From Wigglesworthia glossinidia endosymbiont of Glossina brevipalpis (GTDB lineage: Bacteria; Pseudomonadota; Gammaproteobacteria; Enterobacterales; Enterobacteriaceae): a stretch of 32,000 nucleotides of DNA. The translations under genes were made by a program, and so were the position numbers. The stretch is taken from contig BA000021.3 in NCBI GenBank assembly GCA_000008885.1, positions 450,001 through 482,000 of the forward strand, given 5' to 3'. Positions 28,018 through 32,000 of this stretch are shown here, piece by piece (the first letter of the stretch is position 1; each line of letters starts with the position of its first letter). The notes below the pieces were generated by a model that ran no database searches, was not told the origin of the DNA, and saw only the letters and a list, made by a program, of their open reading frames with translations.

Positions 28018-28893
28018 TTAATTTATGTCTAAATTTTCCTTTATACATAAACCGATTTTAGATAAATTATCAATTATTTTAACTCCTGCATTTTTTAAAG
28101 ATGTAATTTTTGATATAGCTGTTCCCTGTCCATTAGAAATTATTGCTCCTGCATGACCCATTCTTTTTCCTATAGGAGCTGTTATACCTGAAATATAAGC
28201 AAAAATTGGTTTTTTTACATTATTTTTAATAAATTTAGCCGCTGATTCTTCAGAATCACCGCCTATTTCTCCTATAATTAAAATTGCATGTGTATTTTCG
28301 TCAAAATTAAATAATTTTATTATATCTTTAAAATCAGATCCAATAATTGGATCTCCACCAATTCCTACGCAAGTAGATTGCCCTAGTCCAACATCTGTTA
28401 TTTGTTTTACTGCTTCATATGTCAAAGTTCCAGACCTAGATATTATTCCAATATTTCCTGGAGTATGTATATTTTCTGGCATAATTCCAATTTTACATTG
28501 TTTAGGAGTAATTACTCCTGGACAATTTGGGCCTATCATTATAGTATTACTTCTCTTTAATTTATTTTTTACAAAAATCATATCTGATATTGGAATTCCT
28601 TCAGTTATGCAAACTATCAAATTTATATTACTATCAATGGATTCTAGTATAGAATCTTTACAAAATTGAGCAGGAACGTAAATCACGGAAGCATTAGCTC
28701 CAGTATTGTTCACTGCTTCTTCCATTGTATTAAAAACAGGAATACCAATATGATTGGTTCCACCTTTTCCTGGGGTTACTCCTGCTACTATTTTTGTTCC
28801 TCCTTCTAAAGATAACTTGCAATGAAATGTCCCTTGTTTTCCAGTTAATCCTTGACAAATTACTTTTGTATTTTTATCTATTAAAATCGACAT
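28018..28893 (-). CDS. sucD: succinyl-CoA synthetase subunit alpha
   Basis: The ORF track starts at TTG 28908. The ATG at 28893 gives [18 protein letters not shown], identical to the E. coli SucD N-terminus for the first 15 residues. Motifs [19 protein letters not shown] and the phosphohistidine loop MGHAGAII. Overlaps the sucC 3' end by 20 nt. Confidence 0.95.
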   Translation of the reverse strand: MSILIDKNTKVICQGLTGKQGTFHCKLSLEGGTKIVAGVTPGKGGTNHIGIPVFNTMEEAVNNTGANASVIYVPAQFCKDSILESIDSNINLIVCITEGIPISDMIFVKNKLKRSNTIMIGPNCPGVITPKQCKIGIMPENIHTPGNIGIISRSGTLTYEAVKQITDVGLGQSTCVGIGGDPIIGSDFKDIIKLFNFDENTHAILIIGEIGGDSEESAAKFIKNNVKKPIFAYISGITAPIGKRMGHAGAIISNGQGTAISKITSLKNAGVKIIDNLSKIGLCIKENLDIN

Positions 28894-30064
28894 AATTATG
28901 TTTCCCAATAGAATTTTTAATAGCTTTTTTTACTGCATCATTTAGACTATTTGCTGCTATAATATTTAAATTACTTTTTTTTAAGGCTTTTATTCCATTA
29001 ATTGAATTATTTCCTTCTAATCTAACTATAATTGGTATTTTTATTTTTAAATTAATAACTGAATTTATAATTCCATTCGATATCAAATCACACCTTACAA
29101 TTCCTCCAAAAATATTAACTAGTATTACTTTAACATTAGAATCTAGTAAAATTATTTTAAAGGCTTTTTCTACTTTTTCTACTGTAGTATTTCCTCCAAC
29201 ATCTAAAAAATTTGCTGGATTGCCTCCATGAAATTTAATAAGATCCATTGTCCCCATTGCAAGACCGGCTCCATTAACCATACACCCTATATTTCCATCT
29301 AAAGGAATATAATTTAAATTATCATTTGCAGCATATACTTCTCTTTTATCTAATTGACTGTTATCATGTTCTTCATATAAAGAATAATTTCTATATATAG
29401 CATTATCGTCTATAATAATTTTTCCATCTAAGCAAATTAAATTATTCTTATCATCAATAACGATAGGATTAATCTCTAATGTAGTGAGATCATTTTCTAA
29501 AAATAACAAAGATAATTTATTACATATTTTAACAAATTGATTAATTTGATTGCCTTGTAGGCCTAATTTAAATGCAATTTTTCTTGATTGAAAATCTTGA
29601 ATTAAATAACATGATTCTAAAATTTCTTTATAAATATTATTTGATTTTTTTTTAAAAATATTTTCAATATCTACTCCTCCTGAATCAGAGGATATTAGCA
29701 TTATACTTGATTTTTTTCTATTAATAACAAAGCTTAAATATAGTTCTTTCTTAATTATCGTTTTTTTTTCTATTAATAAGTAATTTACTTTTTGACCGTT
29801 TTTATCTGTTTGATATGTTATTAATTTATTTCCTAACCATTTTTTAGCAAATTCATGTATTTCTTTTTTTGAATTAGTTATTTTAATACCTCCAGATTTT
29901 CCTCTTCCTCCAGCATGTATTTGGCATTTTATTACCCATGGACCAGTACTGAGATTTGAGATTGTTTTTTCTATTTCATCAAGTTCTTTAATACAATATC
30001 CTTTAGGTATTGGTATCTCATATTTATTAAATAATTTTTTTGCCTGATATTCATGTAAGTTCAT
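28874..30064 (-). CDS. sucC: succinyl-CoA synthetase subunit beta
   Basis: 396-aa [51 protein letters not shown] and [11 protein letters not shown] are all close to E. coli SucC. Confidence 0.95.
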   Translation of the reverse strand: MNLHEYQAKKLFNKYEIPIPKGYCIKELDEIEKTISNLSTGPWVIKCQIHAGGRGKSGGIKITNSKKEIHEFAKKWLGNKLITYQTDKNGQKVNYLLIEKKTIIKKELYLSFVINRKKSSIMLISSDSGGVDIENIFKKKSNNIYKEILESCYLIQDFQSRKIAFKLGLQGNQINQFVKICNKLSLLFLENDLTTLEINPIVIDDKNNLICLDGKIIIDDNAIYRNYSLYEEHDNSQLDKREVYAANDNLNYIPLDGNIGCMVNGAGLAMGTMDLIKFHGGNPANFLDVGGNTTVEKVEKAFKIILLDSNVKVILVNIFGGIVRCDLISNGIINSVINLKIKIPIIVRLEGNNSINGIKALKKSNLNIIAANSLNDAVKKAIKNSIGKHNYVDFNR

Positions 30065-30133
30065 TTTTATTTCCGAATAAAGTTAAATTCAATTTTTTAA
30101 TAAAAACAAAATTTTTAATTTAAATTAATTATA

Positions 30134-31375
30134 TTAAATATCCAATAACATTCTAATTGGATTTTCTAACATATCTTTTATATTTGATAAAAAACTAGCA
30201 GATTCTTTTCCGTCAATTAATCTATGGTCATAAGATAATGCTAAATAAGTCATAGGATTAATAGAAATTTTTTTATTTATAGAAATTACTCTATCCTTAA
30301 TAGCATGTATTCCTAATATTGCACTTTGAGGAGGATTTATAATTGGAGTGGACATCATAGATCCAAAAATTCCACCATTAGTTATGGTAAAACTACCACA
30401 TTGAAGGTCTTCAACTTTTAATTTTCCATTTTTTCCTAGAAAAGCAAGGTTTTTAATTCTTTTTTCTATTTCTGACATATTCATTTTATCTACATTTCTT
30501 AATATTGGAGTAACTAATCCTCGTTCAGTAGATATTGCTATGTTAATATCAAAATAATTATTATATACTATGTCGTCTCCATCTATGTATGCATGAATTT
30601 CTGGAAATTTTTTTAATCCTTTTACTACTGCTAAAACAAAAAAAGACATATATCCTAATCTTATCCCATGAAGTTTTTCAAAAATATCTCCATATGATTT
30701 TCTTAAATCATGTATAGATTTCATATTAACTTCGTTGAAAGTAGTTAATGAAGCAGTTGTGTTTTTAGAATATAATAAACGTTCTGCTATACATTTTCTT
30801 AATCTAGTCATTTTTATTCTATTTTCTCTTGGAGAGCTTTTTTCATAAGCTGAACTATCTTTTATATTGTTTTCATTTTTTTCTTTTTCTTTTGTTAAAT
30901 AATTATTTTCATTTAATTCATTTTCAATATTATTTTTGATATCAAAATTTTTATTAATATCATTTTTATTTAAATTATGTTTTAATATTGATCTGCGAAT
31001 AGATGGAGATAAATTAATATCATCAGCATGTTTTGTTTCTTTCTCTTTATTGTTTTCTGAACATTCATAATTATGTTCTTTTTGAGAAAAATTTATTTCT
31101 TTTATTTTATTTTCTTCTTTTTTTTGATCATAATTATTAATATTTAAACTTGCTATTTTTTGTTTTGATACTACAATAGACGAATTTTTTTGAAAAATTT
31201 CTATAATTTTTCCAGAATTTGGAGATGGAACCTCTAGCACAACTTTATCTGTTTCTAAATCAACCAGAATTTCTCCAGATTTTACATATTCTCCTGGTTT
31301 TTTTCTCCAATTAGATACCACTGCATCTGTTACTGATTCTGGAAGATCAGGAACTAATATATCTATAATATTCAT
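30134..31375 (-). CDS. sucB: dihydrolipoyllysine-residue succinyltransferase (E2o of 2-oxoglutarate dehydrogenase)
   Basis: 413-aa ORF. Lipoyl domain [14 protein letters not shown]...[12 protein letters not shown]. Catalytic domain [17 protein letters not shown]-like [19 protein letters not shown] and the active site SYDHRLIDG. The linker and E3-binding region is N/K/E-rich. Confidence 0.93.
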   Translation of the reverse strand: MNIIDILVPDLPESVTDAVVSNWRKKPGEYVKSGEILVDLETDKVVLEVPSPNSGKIIEIFQKNSSIVVSKQKIASLNINNYDQKKEENKIKEINFSQKEHNYECSENNKEKETKHADDINLSPSIRRSILKHNLNKNDINKNFDIKNNIENELNENNYLTKEKEKNENNIKDSSAYEKSSPRENRIKMTRLRKCIAERLLYSKNTTASLTTFNEVNMKSIHDLRKSYGDIFEKLHGIRLGYMSFFVLAVVKGLKKFPEIHAYIDGDDIVYNNYFDINIAISTERGLVTPILRNVDKMNMSEIEKRIKNLAFLGKNGKLKVEDLQCGSFTITNGGIFGSMMSTPIINPPQSAILGIHAIKDRVISINKKISINPMTYLALSYDHRLIDGKESASFLSNIKDMLENPIRMLLDI

Positions 31376-31387
31376 TTTCCTTATCTC

Positions 31388-32000
31388 TTATTTAATATTA
31401 AAAACTGAATTTATTATTTTTTCTTGTTCAATTTGATGAATATGAAAATGTCCTGTAGCTGTTGAAGCGGAAGAAGGACGTCCAGAATAAATTAATTCAA
31501 TTTCTTTAGAAAGAATATCTTTAATTTTATAATTTATCCAATTCCAAGCTCCTTGATTTTTTGGTTCTTCTTGACACCAAATTATCTTATTTATATTTTT
31601 ATAATTATTTAATGTTTCTATTATAATTGATTTAGGAAATGGATAAAGTTGTTCTATTCTAATTATATGAGTATTAGAAATATTATGTTTTTTGCTAGCG
31701 GATATCAAATCATAAAATATTTTTCCAGAACATAAAATTATTATTGTTATTTCATTTAAATTTTTTATATTATTTTGATCAATAATCACTTCTCTGAATT
31801 CAAAATTTGCTATATCTTCAAAAGAAGAAGTAGACAAATGGTGTCTAAGTAATGATTTAGGAGATAATACAATTAAAGGTTTTTTTATATTACAAACAAC
31901 TTGTCTAAATAACAAATTATATAGTTGAGCAGGAGTAGAAGGAATACATACTTGTATATTGTTTTGAGCACATAATTGCAAATAACGCTCTAACCTGGCA
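31388..32000 (-). CDS. sucA: 2-oxoglutarate dehydrogenase E1 component, C-terminal part (gene continues beyond the window)
   Basis: The frame stays open to position 32000 (..ARLERYLQLCAQNNIQVCIPSTPAQ...). It matches the E. coli SucA C-terminus (ARLERYLQLCAEQNMQVCVPSTPAQ, RIEQLYPFP, WCQEEP.NQGAW). The internal TTG 'start' at 31981 in the ORF track is an artefact. Confidence 0.9.
   Translation of the reverse strand, partial: ARLERYLQLCAQNNIQVCIPSTPAQLYNLLFRQVVCNIKKPLIVLSPKSLLRHHLSTSSFEDIANFEFREVIIDQNNIKNLNEITIIILCSGKIFYDLISASKKHNISNTHIIRIEQLYPFPKSIIIETLNNYKNINKIIWCQEEPKNQGAWNWINYKIKDILSKEIELIYSGRPSSASTATGHFHIHQIEQEKIINSVFNIK

Noticed and set aside
1-32000. An alternative genetic code (UGA read as Trp, as in some tiny AT-rich symbiont genomes), or additional hidden frameshifts.
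   Set aside because: With the standard bacterial code, every other gene gives an uninterrupted ORF within a few residues of its E. coli length. Examples are dapD 274, frr 185, prlC 680, gmk 207 and fabB 407. Trp positions are encoded by TGG, for example the WEW in cdsA. No reassignment is needed, and only pyrH and tilS are broken.
1-32000. CRISPR arrays, IS elements, prophage remnants, toxin-antitoxin pairs or defence systems.
   Set aside because: There are no spaced direct-repeat arrays and no terminal inverted repeats flanking ORFs. Every ORF of meaningful length is accounted for by a housekeeping orthologue in a conserved neighbourhood. The only unassigned protein is the MarR-family regulator.

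Overview
This window is extremely AT-rich: by eye, genes are roughly one-fifth to one-quarter G+C and spacers are far lower (not computed). It is gene-dense and consists almost entirely of housekeeping genes. Gene content and local order match collapsed versions of E. coli K-12 neighbourhoods, so it looks like a reduced-genome, Enterobacterales-derived insect endosymbiont. Retention of tol-pal and sucABCD at this composition suggests a Wigglesworthia-like lineage, but that assignment is inference.

I can support 34 protein genes (two of them frame-disrupted) and 2 tRNAs:
- cdsA-uppS-dxr-frr-pyrH-tsf-rpsB on the minus strand, divergent from map-dapD
- aspA-cutA-tRNA-Phe
- marC, prlC and tilS
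- pyrE, dut-coaBC and rpmB-rpmG
- rpoZ-gmk, a MarR-family regulator, fabB, prmB and tRNA-Lys
- cpoB-pal-tolB-tolA-tolR-tolQ, directly abutting sucD-sucC-sucB-sucA

I see no mobile elements, CRISPR arrays, defence or toxin systems, and no convincing novel multi-gene system.

Most noteworthy observations:
1. Two essential genes, pyrH and tilS, are each split by a single-base frameshift located in a long coding-strand poly(A) run (A10 and A9). Both are repaired by the same event, +1 A or an equivalent -1 ribosomal slip. This sits against at least 16 homopolymer runs of 9 nt or more inside coding sequence.
2. An isolated hairpin of about 50% G+C lies in an otherwise nearly G/C-free spacer between the MarR-like gene and gmk.
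3. A compositionally atypical orphan MarR-family regulator sits behind a 733-bp spacer.
4. Several spacers of about 600 bp sit at synteny breakpoints.
5. Domain-level erosion is visible: tolA domain II, the rpoZ C-terminus and the sucB E3-binding domain.

All comparisons to E. coli proteins are from memory and need real alignments.
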